A DNA stretch of 63,950 bases, counting the filler, from Bipalium vagum (taxonomy: Eukaryota), in NCBI GenBank assembly GCA_037834085.1. It is 3 parts of 3 records of this genome, joined end to end, with 100 filler letters (N's around TTAATTAATTAA, not from the genome) between each part and the next. Parts side by side here need not be neighbours in the genome. Positions count along the whole stretch, not along the records: positions 19,387 to 47,241 come from JBBMKC010078431.1; 2 more parts are not named here. One strand, given 5' to 3'. The notes below the pieces were generated by a model. It had not been told where the DNA came from, ran no database searches, and saw only the letters and a list, made by a program, of their open reading frames with translations. How positions within the stretch are numbered: the stretch's first letter is position 1; every line of letters starts with the position of its first letter. This document shows positions 28,401 through 40,998 of this stretch, in pieces. Made by a program: the position numbers and the translations under genes.

Positions 28401-29855
28401 AATTCAATTTATTACAATATTTTTTTCTTATTAATTATAAATAATTTAAATATAAAATTAATTTTAAAATCATAAAAGAGATTGTTGAATATTTCGCCAA
28501 TTAGAATTGTATAAAATTTAATAAGTAATAAAAAGATTTATATAATAAAATAATTTTAATTTATTAATAAGAAATTTATCAGGCTTCCACTTTAAAACAG
28601 TATCATTTCCGATCCATAAAACCATTTTTTTGAACCACAAAACTTTCCTTTAATCGTTTGACAATCATCAGATCAGTGTTGGACAGTTTTAGATTGGAGA
28701 AGACTGGAAAAATACTTAAGATTAAAAAATCTATACTTAGGCCACGGTTCAGTTTGATCACTGAGTGTGCCTTATTAAAACTGATATTTCTTGTATTATA
28801 ATTAACCGTTTAAAATGACAAAACAATCAGTCAAATCATTTATGACATTTTTAAAGTTAATTTAAAAAAAGTCATAGAAAATTTTTCTTCCATTTGTTGA
28901 TCATAAATCATTTTATAATATAATTTTAATTTTAAAAATAAATCGAGAATTGAAAATTATCTTTATAGGGTTTTTCATTGTTATATATGCATAGTTGCAA
29001 AATTATATGGGCATTTGTTTTTATTTAATTTTCATTATCGCTGAATAATATATCAACCGTAGAAAAAGAACAACGATAACGCATGAATTGTATTCAATTG
29101 TTATAAGAATGTCCACTAATGAAGCCACAAAAATTTTTCAGATTGTAGAAGCTACTGGTTTACAAAGGAATACAATAACGAAAATAATAAATAATCAAAG
29201 AAATAGCATTGTAAAATAATTATTCTCAACTTAGTCTTACATCTGGAGCTAAGTTTCCTTCGTTGATAATTTCGGAAATTCCCCTCCATTTCGATTTAAT
29301 ATTTTTTGTTTCCAGACTTGCTCTTTCCCGAATCATTGAGCCAAGTTTAATATGATAAAATTCTTCAAATTTTGCAGAAATATTTTGGCATATCTCGTTT
29401 TTGCCCAAACCAGGACCACCTTGCACAATCACAATTGTTGAATTTGGTGAAATTTTCAACTGGAACGATCCAATTTCAGGTAAAACGTCTGGTCTGAAAT
29501 CTTCTAAAACTGTCGGTGCTGCAGAAATAGGAGGTAATGGTGGTTTTTTAGATTCCAAAAACATATCCCAATGCACAGCATTGACACCCTGTTTCTTGAT
29601 TTTCTCCAGACACTCTTGTAAGTAATTAATGTAATCCACTGGTCTGTGGTACATCAGTCCAGTCATTAGGCACTAAAACGTTTAAATATTTCAATTTCAT
29701 AAATATTGTCGTTAATTAAACAATATTTATATACATATCTGTCAATTATTAATAGATATTTATTGAATTACTTCAAATAACTGTGGAATTTCATTTTTGG
29801 ACAGATAGTCTTTAGCACATTTAGCGGTTGTTACACTTTTTTGCTGGACCTGCAT
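19491..29855 (-). CDS. AK5: Adenylate kinase 5-like (N-terminal dimerisation/docking domain, AK domain, start of second AK domain), 3' partial
   Basis: Exons 29855-29772 (MQVQ..AKDYLSKNEIPQLFE), 29672-29241 (CLMTGLMYHRPVD..GGPGLGK..GNLAPD), 26872-26759 (..FLIDGYPRT..), 26709-26512 (..DDLGKLRV), 19789-19717 (IDADGQD..) and 19670-19491 (..PQCEIILLLG). All GT-AG and phase-compatible. The N-terminus resembles AK5 AKEYL...EIPQLFESLL.GLM. Confidence 0.9.
20040..20750 (+). mobile_element. Non-LTR retrotransposon (LINE) reverse transcriptase remnant in AK5 intron 4
   Basis: Motifs in order: SFIDIPNAFGRV (FID..KAFD.V), IEVKKGVRHDWPLSMLLFN (GVRQG.PLSP.LFN), LLAYANDL (YADD). Stops and frameshifts present. 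Confidence 0.85.
21559..22810 (+). mobile_element. Full-length but inactivated mariner (DD34D)
   Basis: TA-flanked TIRs (TTAGGCTGTTCAGAAA.. / ..TTTCTGAACCTAA), 1.25 kb. Motifs LVPQELT, ITCDEKW, LLHDYART, HPPYSPDLSPTDF, with stops. Confidence 0.92.
23817..25416 (+). mobile_element. Mariner 3' half split by a solo LTR
   Basis: SRDEKWIYFEN..TMLCIWWDQHGVVYHELLKP..HTSKAVK | SMIKDMKCEVL..SDFHLFRSMEHGL. Right TIR-like end ..CCGCATTATTTATTTGTACCCATAA. Confidence 0.88.
24164..25105. mobile_element. Solo LTR (942 bp), probably Ty3/gypsy type
   Basis: TGTT..AACA termini with 4-bp TSD AAAG on both sides. Removal restores the mariner frame (gtt aaa agc atg). A second inverted partial copy lies at 59855-60372. 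Confidence 0.85.
27455..27927. repeat. Two nested, oppositely oriented copies of a ~230-bp AT-rich interspersed repeat
   Basis: Layout A(27455-27590), B+A'(27612-27850), B'(27850-27927). An uninterrupted B+A' copy lies at 46965-47193. Confidence 0.85.
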
Positions 29856-32800
29856 TTTACCAGATTTAAGAAAAATTTCTAATAAACCATGGCAACATAA
29901 ATATTATTTATCTATTTAAAGATATGCTCAACGATTTAATATTTTCAATATTATTTAATGTATCAACTTTACCTACTGTATAACCTCTAAATTAAACTTC
30001 ATTAACTATTTTGATTAATTATTAATTTTACCTTTTATTGTAAAAGAATTTAATTAAAATCATAATTATTTAGAATAATTTCACAAACTTTAATTTTTTA
30101 GATTTTAGGAAAGCAATAATGAAAAAATATTAAGTATTAATTGTATAAATTTCAGAATATTACATTATCATATATAATAAATTAAGATAAATAATACCTT
30201 TTTATATTTATGAATTTTTAAATATATTTCAAGCAAAATATTGTATTATTTACAATTTTGAATAGACAACTTTAAGGCACAAAATAAAGTAACGTGTAAT
30301 ATTCAAATTTTATATTATGGCTTTCGAAGTACAAAATCACAAATCTGAACTCTGGTTCATTTGTTTGACTCTATATGAGATAAATAAGAATTGTTCAAAA
30401 TACATAAGTTTAAAATATCTTGGTTTGGTTTGTAACGAGGACTTCTTAAAAGATGGTTTGTGAGTTAAGAAGAAAAATGATAACAAGTGAGTGAAAATTT
30501 AATTTACTAATAGATAAATCTTGATCATAATTTCTAAAATCTCCACATACCCAAAATATTAAAGATTAAAAGACCCCCATGTTACTTAAAAGACAGGTCG
30601 TTGTTGTTGCGAAATAAATTCTACCACAATTATGTAAGATATTAAACCAATATATTACTATCAACTCCTAAACTGATCGCCCAAACTGAGATCTTTTCTT
30701 TAGTTCATAAGAGTGTCATGGAACACGCATTCAAGGTTAACCGTTTTTATTCTGAACAATGGTTGGTGATGTGCTATCAGGAGCTAGATATCTTTCTGGT
30801 CATAATTTAAGTTATCAAAAGACTTATTATTTTAATATTCAAACAAATTTGATTTTAAGCCAATATGTATGTCTGAGACCTCATCTGAATCTATACAAGA
30901 ACAGGCGGACAGCTCGGAACATGAGCGTTCTTCAAACCATATCAAAATAAAGTAAACATGGGACTGAAATAGGTGTTTTCTTCCTGTAACTTATCTAAAA
31001 GTTCATTTCAAAAGTTACAGTTATCTTATAATGTTCATAATAAAAAAATTTGTTAAGTCTAAACCAAATCAGTTTTGATAATACAGTTTATTTATGATAC
31101 AAATAAGTACAGAAATTTATATTTCTTGTATTGCTGTATCCATGATTATAATGTGGGAGTCGGAGTCATAAAGAAAAGAGAATAATTTTCAAATGCCAAT
31201 CATCAATCAGTTATCAAAGTTTCAAATCCAATTATCAAGTTCCAAATTTTTATTCAAAAATTCAAGACATCTTATCATCAAAAGCCATTTTATCATTAAA
31301 AAACACATTTTGTCATTGTGATTTGATTACTTTAATCATTTTGGCATGACATAAAAACAGTTATTATTTAATTATGATTTAGTTACTTTGTTACATTTTA
31401 TTTTAATATTTTATGTGAATCTATACTCGATTTACATTCACATTATTTGGTAAAATTAATTAGATTTTTAAATAAAATAATTAAATTAAAATAATTGGAA
31501 AAGAAAATATAAGAATAAAAAATAATAAATGATTAAAATACTTTTAAAAAGAAAAAGGTAAGTAATTGATAGCATAGATGAATAAAAAAGGTATAATGAA
31601 CAGACAAAAAGCAGTGTTGTGAAAGACATAATTTATCTAAAAAAATAAATAGTAAAATAATATAAAATAAAATTATTTTTTCATAATATAACTTTTGGTG
31701 GTTTTCCACACTGAAAGAAAAATTAACAGAACTAATTAAAGAGCAGAAGAAAAGAAATACTTACTACAGGCAGGAGACATAATTTTTTACTAACTCTTAA
31801 AACAATCAGTTAAAAAATAATGAAAACAAAAACACTTATCACAAATAACTCGACAGAACCTTTCAAGAAAAAAAAAATTTTATAAAATAATAATTTTAAA
31901 TTATAAATTATATATATAATTTATTAAGGCATATAAATAAATATAAATTATAATGACGTAATATATTAATAAAAAAATAATTAAATTAATATCACGATAT
32001 CTTCATAGAAGAATGTTGGCGACAGTGAGATTAAGTCGTTAAGTAATTACGATACTAAAAGGAAATTAAATAACAATAAGATGACTTTAGCACGAAATTG
32101 TTCAGAGTAAAAAATGGTATAAATACAAAGCTGAAAATTATAAATTTGCCTTATAACATTCTAACATTTTAGTTTATAACTAAAAAGTGACTGAAAAATT
32201 ATCTAGCTTATTATAACTCACAGAGATAATACAAGTTTTAAAACATACAAAAACGCAAGTGAAAACCGATACTAATTAATTCAATTATGTAGAATGTGAA
32301 TATCATTTCCAGTTTTACTTGTATTTAATAAGTTATTTTGTTGTTTATTTTTCGACAATTACGGTTTGGATATATTGTTATATTACATATATATAAATAT
32401 TAAAAACTTTGATAGCTTCTACATACAAAAAATATGCATTTTCTTAGTGCGACAATAAATAGTGAAGTAAACTGTCGTGTGAATGCGTTACGTTCAGAAT
32501 GTATCGTGGAAGTAGAAATAAATACACACAATCTATTTTCTGAATTTGAGCTGTGATCAAATGAGCTGAGTACACGGAAACCGTATCATGTGAATTTTAA
32601 ATTTGAATAACGTGTCTTTAAAATATCATAGACAATTTTCAACTGTTCTGCGTACAACTCAACATTTATGAAGGCATTTGCCATCGAACGAAACATGTAA
32701 GAATCCTTAACAATTGTATGTCAACTCTTTTAACAAGACTATCAATGGTTTTACAATATGGGATCTGATTTTGACTTGTAGGTGTATCATGTCTAGCACC

Positions 32801-33092
32801 ACTCTCTGATTGTTGTGCTTTTATTAACTGTTACTCGTTTTGTGCTCCATAGTATTAGCTATATATAATAATATATAGCATCATTTGAATTTCAAAATGT
32901 GCACAATAATGCATTTTCCAGGGAAATTATTGTGGAGAATCCTAGGTCCAATTCCTAATTCGTCGACTCAATCCAGTTCAAATGTTAAATAACAATGTTT
33001 AACTGAACTGTTTGATAACAATATTTATCCAAACTTTTTGTGTTGTTTTTATTTGTTATATTATTATTTGAAAACATAGTTTTTTTAATTTA

Positions 33093-34170
33093 TGTAAGAG
33101 TTAAAACCCGGGTTTAATTATTTATTCTTCTTTCTTAATTGGTGACAAAAAGTAATATAAAACATAAATAATTTTAAAAAAGCACAATATAAAAGTTATA
33201 TAATGCTTAATAAAACAAAAAAATATATTATAAAAAAATATTATAAAAATTATAATTAATTAATGTCATATTTAAGTAACTAATAATAAAAATTAGGTTT
33301 AAAAATTTTGTAGTTACAAAAAGTTACTAAATAAATAAATAAAGTTAAAAACTTTTTTATAACTTACTAAAAATAGAATAATATATTAATAATTTATGTA
33401 AAAATTTTTAAATTAGTAACATAAAGTTAATATTATTAAAAATTAAATAAAATAAAATAATATAAATAAGAAAATTAATTAAAAAGACAGAGACAAAAAT
33501 AAGTTAAGAAACCTGGTGTAAAAAAGTTATATTGCAAGAACGTCAAGGACCAGCAGAACTTTTAATTCAATATATCTTTAAAACATTAACAATCAAGATA
33601 GTACCAGCAAGTAGCTCGCAGATTAAGAAAAGGAACAATAAATTTTAGTATAAATTAAAAACCAATTTCAGTAGAAATGGAGATAAGAAAAAGGAGCAAC
33701 CTCGATTTACCAGCGTTTCATTTGAAGAAAAAAGCCAAGATTCGGTAGCGTATAATTCAAAAGCTAAAAGTTATATACTAAAACATTTTTTGTTTATTAA
33801 AATTAAACCTTAGGGGATTTGATTATAGATCCCACTAACAAAATCATAATTTTTGGTTTCACACTAATCTTAGATGAACCGATTTCAAAATCATTAAATC
33901 TTTTAACTATAATTCGATTTGTAATTATAAGTTAAAAGCTAATTAATATTAATTAACCTAAATAAATATTAAAGGTTGGACAGCTACTCCAACACTTTAG
34001 GATCAAATAAGTTTTTACTTTTTTACTGATTTCCCAGTTTCTTCTTTTTTTGTCTTCTTCACGTCTAGAACGGAGAGCTGATTTTTTATCTGAGTGCCCT
34101 TGAGAGTAGGATACTGAGGGTGATCTAACTTTTCTTAGCAATCTTCACATCTCGGGTTTTAACTCAAAAA
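33093..34170. mobile_element. Candidate LTR or TIR-bounded repeat (~1.08 kb)
   Basis: Begins TGTAAGAGTTAAAACCCG and ends CGGGTTTTAACTC (13-bp perfect inverted core). Non-coding interior; no TSD seen. Confidence 0.45.
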
Positions 34171-37100
34171 TAATTTGTAACAATAAAATTGTAGATTTAT
34201 ATAAAAAATATATTTTAATAAAAAAATTGTTATCTCATTTTATTATTTAAAAAATTATTTTTAAAATCGATTTTTTTTAAATTGTCACTTGAAATTTAAC
34301 TCCATTCATACGCCCACTAAACCTTCTGAGTTATAAAAAGTTTATGTTAAGTTGCTCGAAAGTCCAATATCAATTTTTTAACCCAACTCTTTTTAAATAA
34401 AGATTTTCAGCAAACTTAACATTACCATTCTAATGACTTTATGCAATGCTCTGGATTAACCAAAGGTTTTTTACATTTCTCTCCTGTTTTACATCTTTAT
34501 TATTCCAGTACACCGTTATTAGGTTTTTTGGTTATTGTCATTCATTGAAAAAATTATTTCTTCTTGTGTTTACTCATTTACTTCAACTGGCCTTCGTTTT
34601 TCATAACCTTCTTTGCACATCAAAATATTCGCTTTTGAATCATTGTAATCATTATCGGAAAGTTCTTTAAATAGAACCTGACAAATAAAGATTCCCACAA
34701 AAAGCTTTATCTTCATAAAATACAAAATGAAATGAAAATTCAAAAGATAAGTTACTGTGTAAATATTTTTCAAATCGTAATATATAAATAGGTGAACTTA
34801 AACAATACTTCAGATAAACAACAACTATCAATCATTTATATCTTTTTTTCAACATCTCAGTCTTAAGTTATTTTCACTATAAAAAGAGATTACTAAAAGT
34901 TTCTAAATATCTTTAATGCATAAGTACTTTAATTCACAACATATTCTACAGGGAACTCAATATTAGTATCACTCTCAACATTTTCTTTACATAAACCAAA
35001 GAACTAATGAAGAAATAAGCAGTAGTAATATTGAATTTTTCAAGACTTTAAAAAAGAAGTTCTTAATGATTTTTTTCTACAATTCTAATATTTTTATATT
35101 TTCCTGGTACTATTTCATATTGATCATGTCATACCTTATTTGTCTTTAACTTGGTACTTTACCTTTCCATACTTTTTAATGGCTTAATGACCAGATACAA
35201 TAACTACTCATCCATTTCACATTTTACTATAATTTGAGTAATAGATCTATTTACATTCTTGTTCGGATTAGCTGAGAGAAGACATTTCTTTACTGTTTCA
35301 CAATTTAATACACCTATATGACAGATAAGAGTAAATGATCAACTGTTAAATAACGTCAGTTACACTTAGCAAGCATCTTGAATTTTATACGACAAGAATA
35401 CTTCATAATCATGAGAAATATTCGTTTTTCTCTTTAATATTTATTTTTTTGTCGAAAAAAAAGTTTCAAACCCTAAATGCTGGGCAGCCTCATAAGTGTT
35501 ACCGTCCTGACTTTACTTTTTATAAAGACCACGTCAGACTTCATTAAACCTTTTTACAGCCACGTAAATAAAACGCGAATATTATGTCGCCATAAATTTG
35601 AAATGATTTATAATCGAAAAAACTAAAGGGGGTTCTTAATTTAAGAACGTTAAATTAAATAATTATATAAATAATATTTAATTTAGATAATTTTAATGGC
35701 AAAAATGTTATATAATTATGTTTACATTTTCACTTGTTTTGGAAGTTTTTAAAGAAGCATTTTTTGCCTGAAATACTAAAAAGTTAAGCAGACAGGAAAA
35801 ACGTTATGGCCAAGAGAAAAAAATTTCAAATTTTTAAAGAATTCTTAGTTTAATAATAATGATTTATTCTTATACAGTAACAATAAAGTGCTTTAAAATA
35901 GTAAGACCAAAATAGAATCTTTCAAGAGAGATCTATTGCATTATCGAACAAATTCGCTGAACACATTTAAGCCAGTTGCATAACAGGTAATAATAATAGA
36001 TATCCATGAAAGGATTGGTTTTTCCTGTCTGAACCATTCCTGACAGTGCGTCAAGCAATAGAAGCTATAGAGATAATAGTTTAAGGACACAGAAACAATT
36101 GTCGTTGTTGCGCAACTATTGTTATGTAACATGATTTTTGAAAACCGCTTAGATCAAAAAGTTCTTAGGTATCAATAAAAGATTTTGTTGAGAGTGGCAT
36201 CAACTCATGAAAACATGATAAAATTGAACGACATTTTTTAGTAAAATAACATGTTTAAAGATGATAAATGAGATCGGAGATTTTAACAAACAATAATCTT
36301 TTACGAAACCAAAATAAGATATAATCGGGAGAAAATTCATTCATAAGATAACCAATTCTGATAAAATCTTGCCAATAAAAAATAGTAATAGTATTATAAG
36401 TACAATTATNNNNNNNNNNNNNNNNNNNNNNNNNNNNNNNNNNNNNNNNNNNNNNNNNNNNNNNNNNNNNNNNNNNNNNNNNNNNNNNNNNNNNNNNNNN
36501 NNNNNNNNNNNNNNNNNNNNNNNNNNNNNNNNNNNNNNNNNNNTTAAAAATGGTATTAGTTGATAATAAAGTATATCGAAAGTGTATTTAGTTTTTGAAG
36601 AGTAACACTTTAGAAAATATGCAATGATCCCCACTTAAGTATATGACTGACAAGATCACCTTGTTTCAATTTCTTAGAGGTTTGTACCATATATAAAAAA
36701 CCAGGCAGATTCTAAGTAACATTTTTCCTGTTGATATCCACTATATTTCCTTTTCTTCATTCAACCTTTTCGTGAACTTTCAGGTCTTATTTTGAACTGA
36801 AAAAACGTTTTTTCTAAAAAATGTGATTATTGATAAATTTGTTTCTTCATTTTTAGATTCATATTGCAAATCTTTCTTAATTCTTATCAAATAACTTTGA
36901 TATTTTAGAAATCTTAGAACTATTTCCACAGGCTTTTCGAGTTTCCTAAGAGTTTTTTGATAAAAGAAGTTCTCCAAGATATAATTATTCTCGGAGATCA
37001 AAATATAAGAAAACTAGTTAAAAAATGATCTGGCTTTCGAGATCAAATTTACTGTATCCAATTTTAGAATTCTGTTCGTAATCTTTTTTATGTTGTGTAA

Positions 37101-38662
37101 AACATTTTCTAAAAAGGTAAGAAATATAACACATTTCTTAGTAAATATTACAAAAAATAGTTACTTTTATCAGAAATATTAATAATTTTTAAAAATGCAT
37201 GATTTTTAATAAAATCGGAAAAAAATAATTTTAGACTATTTTTTTAAAATAATAAATTCATACAAATATTGACTATCCACCAATGATGTTAACTTCTAAA
37301 AGGAATTTAAATACAAAGGACGTTCAATGCTAAAATAATTCAGCCAGGCTGAGTATGGATTATGAACCCCCACTTCATGAATGATGGGTCTTCTTTATAT
37401 TTTGAAGAATAATATCCACCATTTTACACATTGATCTTTTTATTTTCGATGCCATAAACAATGTTTGCTTTAATTATAGGTTAAATTACACTTTTGTGGA
37501 CAAATGGTTATATTTGTTTATTCTATAAACATGACCTCGTGTGATGAAAACATAAAAATCCCAAGTTTGTTTACGTAATAATTATTTTAACTTAATGACC
37601 AACCCCTTTCAGCAGACCTCCAAAATATAGATAAAAAGTAAATGAACTAGAAATGTATTATAAAATGCGATAAAAAAATGTCAATATTTAAGTTTTGGCA
37701 CTTTTATGTTGTAAATTTACTGTTAAATTGATTTAAGTTAGTTTTTCAATTACTGTTCTATGAAAAATCACATTAAACATTAAATAATTTTTTATTTATT
37801 AAAAAAATCTAAAAAGATCCTAGTAGACATTTGAAGAATAGTTTTCCACACATAACGTAGATAATTAGGGAATCCATCATCATTATAATTATATCAAATA
37901 TCAAACTAGGTGGGTATTATGGGGTATTGTTATTATGTAAGGGTAATCTGAAATGCGATCTCAAACTTTAGTTGGGTAATAAATGCAATAATTAAATATC
38001 AGTTAGATCCATACATGAATGACTCATAACACACACACATTAAGTCTAGATCATGGTATTAAAGATCTTAACGAGCTTTATCAGGATCAAAATATTACAC
38101 AATACTGGTCAAATTAATTTTATTATCGAACTTATATATGATCTATTATAATGGTTTTAAAAATATAGACTTTATGCTCTAAACTTCTTTTTATAAAAAT
38201 GATAAAGTAATTTATTATTTTATACACGTAACAATTATGGACAATGTCAGCCACCACTAGAATCCTTTTATATATTAGCTAAATATTTTTTATTTTTTGA
38301 ACCAAAAACCAAATTTCTATATTATCATAAAACATCAAAATACCTAATTCGATGACCTAACAATAAAGCAAAATCTATTTGAGTATAAGATTCCCCAATA
38401 ATCGATCTTCATACTATCATATTAATAAAATAAGTTGTTTAACTACGTTACTTATTACTTAAATTTAGCGATAAACATTTTCATTTGTAATTTAATTTCT
38501 TGCAATAAAAATACAAAATGACATAATGATTGAAAGATAAATGAGACTTGTGTGTGAATTCCAGCCAGTAAAATTCACAGAAAAACCCCGCCAAAGCACA
38601 ACTTGTACTGTTACATGTTTAAATTTGACAGAAAGCTTTCTTATCACAGATATTAACGAAGC

Positions 38663-39166
38663 ATGGTGATATCCTCTAAGCCCTCGCTCCCAAAAATCAA
38701 GCATTTATGTACCAAAAGACCGATGGAGACATCGGTAACAGAAAATACCTATAATGCCTCTACATACTCTTTGAAAGCAAGATCTAAAATCAATCAAAAT
38801 AACACAAAGGTTTATGAAAGGCAAGTGAAAAAGTCAAAATTGCCAAACTTTGAATTTGAATACCCGAAAATGAGTTCAAATAAATCAGAAAAGATTTGTT
38901 TGGATCATGACTATCACAATGAAGATCTTTTTGGCTGTTTAAAATGTCTCCATAAAAACAATCAAAGAACGGATGCTTGTTATAAAATCGCCAAAAATTT
39001 CCCGGTCATCAACTTATGTACAGATATCAGCAACATTTTTTCAGACTTTGAAGACTATACTTTGGATGACTGTAACACTCGTGCTTTTTTATCCATACCT
39101 TACCATATTTTAGATATCGTCTTCCCAGTCAGCGACTTTGCGTGTATCGAATGTAGCCAGTTATGA
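38663..39166 (+). CDS. Hypothetical protein, 167 aa, Cys/His-rich C-terminal half
   Basis: Uninterrupted 504-nt ORF, less AT-rich than its flanks, with AATAAA ~50 nt downstream. No family recognised. Confidence 0.45.
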   Translation: MVISSKPSLPKIKHLCTKRPMETSVTENTYNASTYSLKARSKINQNNTKVYERQVKKSKLPNFEFEYPKMSSNKSEKICLDHDYHNEDLFGCLKCLHKNNQRTDACYKIAKNFPVINLCTDISNIFSDFEDYTLDDCNTRAFLSIPYHILDIVFPVSDFACIECSQL

Positions 39167-39930
39167 ACCCTGTTGTATAATTTCCTAATTAAAGATTTGT
39201 CTATTATTATTTTATTTAATAAAATTTGACTCTAACTGATCTTTTTATTTATTGAAAATGTTTCTCATGCGCATATTATCGTGTATATTTTATTTATTAT
39301 GATTAAAGTCAAGTCAATAATGTAATAACCCATTTTTATGTTACTGCCGTTCAGGTGTTTGGTTATTATTTCTGATTTTTTTATTTTCTCAGTTTACAGC
39401 TCTAATTATTAAACGCCTTCGATTTTTATTTAAATAAAAGGAAATACTCGTTAAAGGTTTTCCAGTTTAATAGAGCTTTTGCATTATTGAGGGTTTCTTC
39501 AATAGTTTTGTCATTTAGTCTTTCTACCAGTATCATGAACACGTGATACCTTACATTACCTTACACCTGGTCATTGGTATGTAGAATTTATGCCAACTGT
39601 GATTATATCCATACAGTTAAAATTAAAATAAGTTATACAACTTTTATTCTGCCAGACCATTTGAAACCCTTATCGTACGTTGGTTAGTACGTGAAAAAAC
39701 TAAAAGTACGCATTATAAACTGAAACTACCAGCTAACTTTTAAAAAAACGTGTAACATTTTATTAAACAGGAGCCCAGTAAATGGGGTAGTTACGTTCAT
39801 TGTCTCAGGTCTGGTCTGAGATGGTTAAACAATAAAAACTTTTTAAAATGATTGAAAATAACTGAAGTCAGATAGAGTAACAATATATTAGTGAAATTAT
39901 ATACAACTATGAAAGGAATACTGATATGGA

Positions 39931-40548
39931 TTAGAACTCTAATTTTTCGAGGATGTGCTTGCCTATGGAATATAGCTTGGCAATTTTTTTAACATTTTCA
40001 CACTTGACAACCTCAGCGATGGCGCAATCAATAATTTTCTGCTTGGTAAAGCGACTTTCAATGGCAGATCGTTGCAACAAAATGTTTCCCACTCTTTCCG
40101 ACAAATCTCGATTTCGAGATCTTCTCAGGCGTTCCTTGCTTGATGCCGTGATTTGTTGAATGGATTTAGAGTTTGGATTCTCTGATAAGATAAAAAATAA
40201 TCTCACGATAATTATCAAACATTTACCTGTCATCGAACTATGATCGATATTAGGTAGGGAAAATTGAGAATCTGGCAATATATTATCTGACAATAGTGTA
40301 TTTATAAAGCTTTCCATGTGAGAATTTAATACATTCTGATCATTTACCATGTTCTGAATATAAGTAATCGATTTTCGATACTTAGCACTTTTCGGATGGC
40401 TGTGGTCGTTGGAAGAAATTCTTTCCGGCTGATAATTAGTGTGACATTCATTTTTGATGACTTTGTGTAATGTTTTCCTTTTATTTTTCTCCAATGATTT
40501 ATTTATTAAATTAATTAAATCAGAATGGCGATCACCAGATCTGACCAT
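39931..40548 (-). CDS. Divergent bHLH-like transcription factor (two exons: 40548-40227, 40181-39931)
   Basis: C-terminal SKERLRRSRNRDLSERVGNIL..RFTKQKIIDCAIAEV fits basic region (ERxRR), helix 1, loop and helix 2 (K..I...AI). In-frame 45-nt GTAAAT..TATCAG intron at 40182-40226. Confidence 0.65.
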   Translation of the reverse strand: MVRSGDRHSDLINLINKSLEKNKRKTLHKVIKNECHTNYQPERISSNDHSHPKSAKYRKSITYIQNMVNDQNVLNSHMESFINTLLSDNILPDSQFSLPNIDHSSMTGKCLIIIVRLFFILSENPNSKSIQQITASSKERLRRSRNRDLSERVGNILLQRSAIESRFTKQKIIDCAIAEVVKCENVKKIAKLYSIGKHILEKLEF

Positions 40549-40952
40549 TTTTATTTAAGACTGAAATTTTTTTTATCCACGAGCATACATATAATGTTTA
40601 AACTTAATATATAAGCCAATAACTTTAATAAAAACCATTTGATAAGTTACGTAATGTTGACGAGAATCGATGCACAACACAAGTCTAACTGTTTTTAAAA
40701 TTTAAAAACTCCAATGAACATATTACTGTCACTATTGATTGAACCAAGGTTATCAAATGCTTACAGAAATTTAATAAATTGAAATGTACAATTATTTACG
40801 CTGTTCCTTTAGATAATTTATTTAAACAATTTTCGATTGTTGTGATGTTAACAAATTATGGTAAATAAACATTTTAGTTTTAAATGAATTACTAGAATTA
40901 AATTCAAAAGATTATAGATTAAATAAGTTAATATTGATTAATTATTAAGTCA

Positions 40953-40998
40953 CCATTTCTTGATCCATTTCTTGATCCATTTCTTGATCCATTTCTTG
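40953..40998. repeat. 12-bp tandem repeat (CCATTTCTTGAT) x3.8
   Basis: Perfect units read directly; ~400 bp upstream of the bHLH-like start. Confidence 0.95.

Noticed and set aside
29401-29625. Antisense ORFs over real exons (also 39953-40159, 45023-45274)
   Set aside because: Shadow frames of coding sequence with no independent signal.
40953-40998. Short repeat array as a CRISPR-like locus
   Set aside because: No spacers, eukaryotic context, no cas genes; a simple minisatellite.
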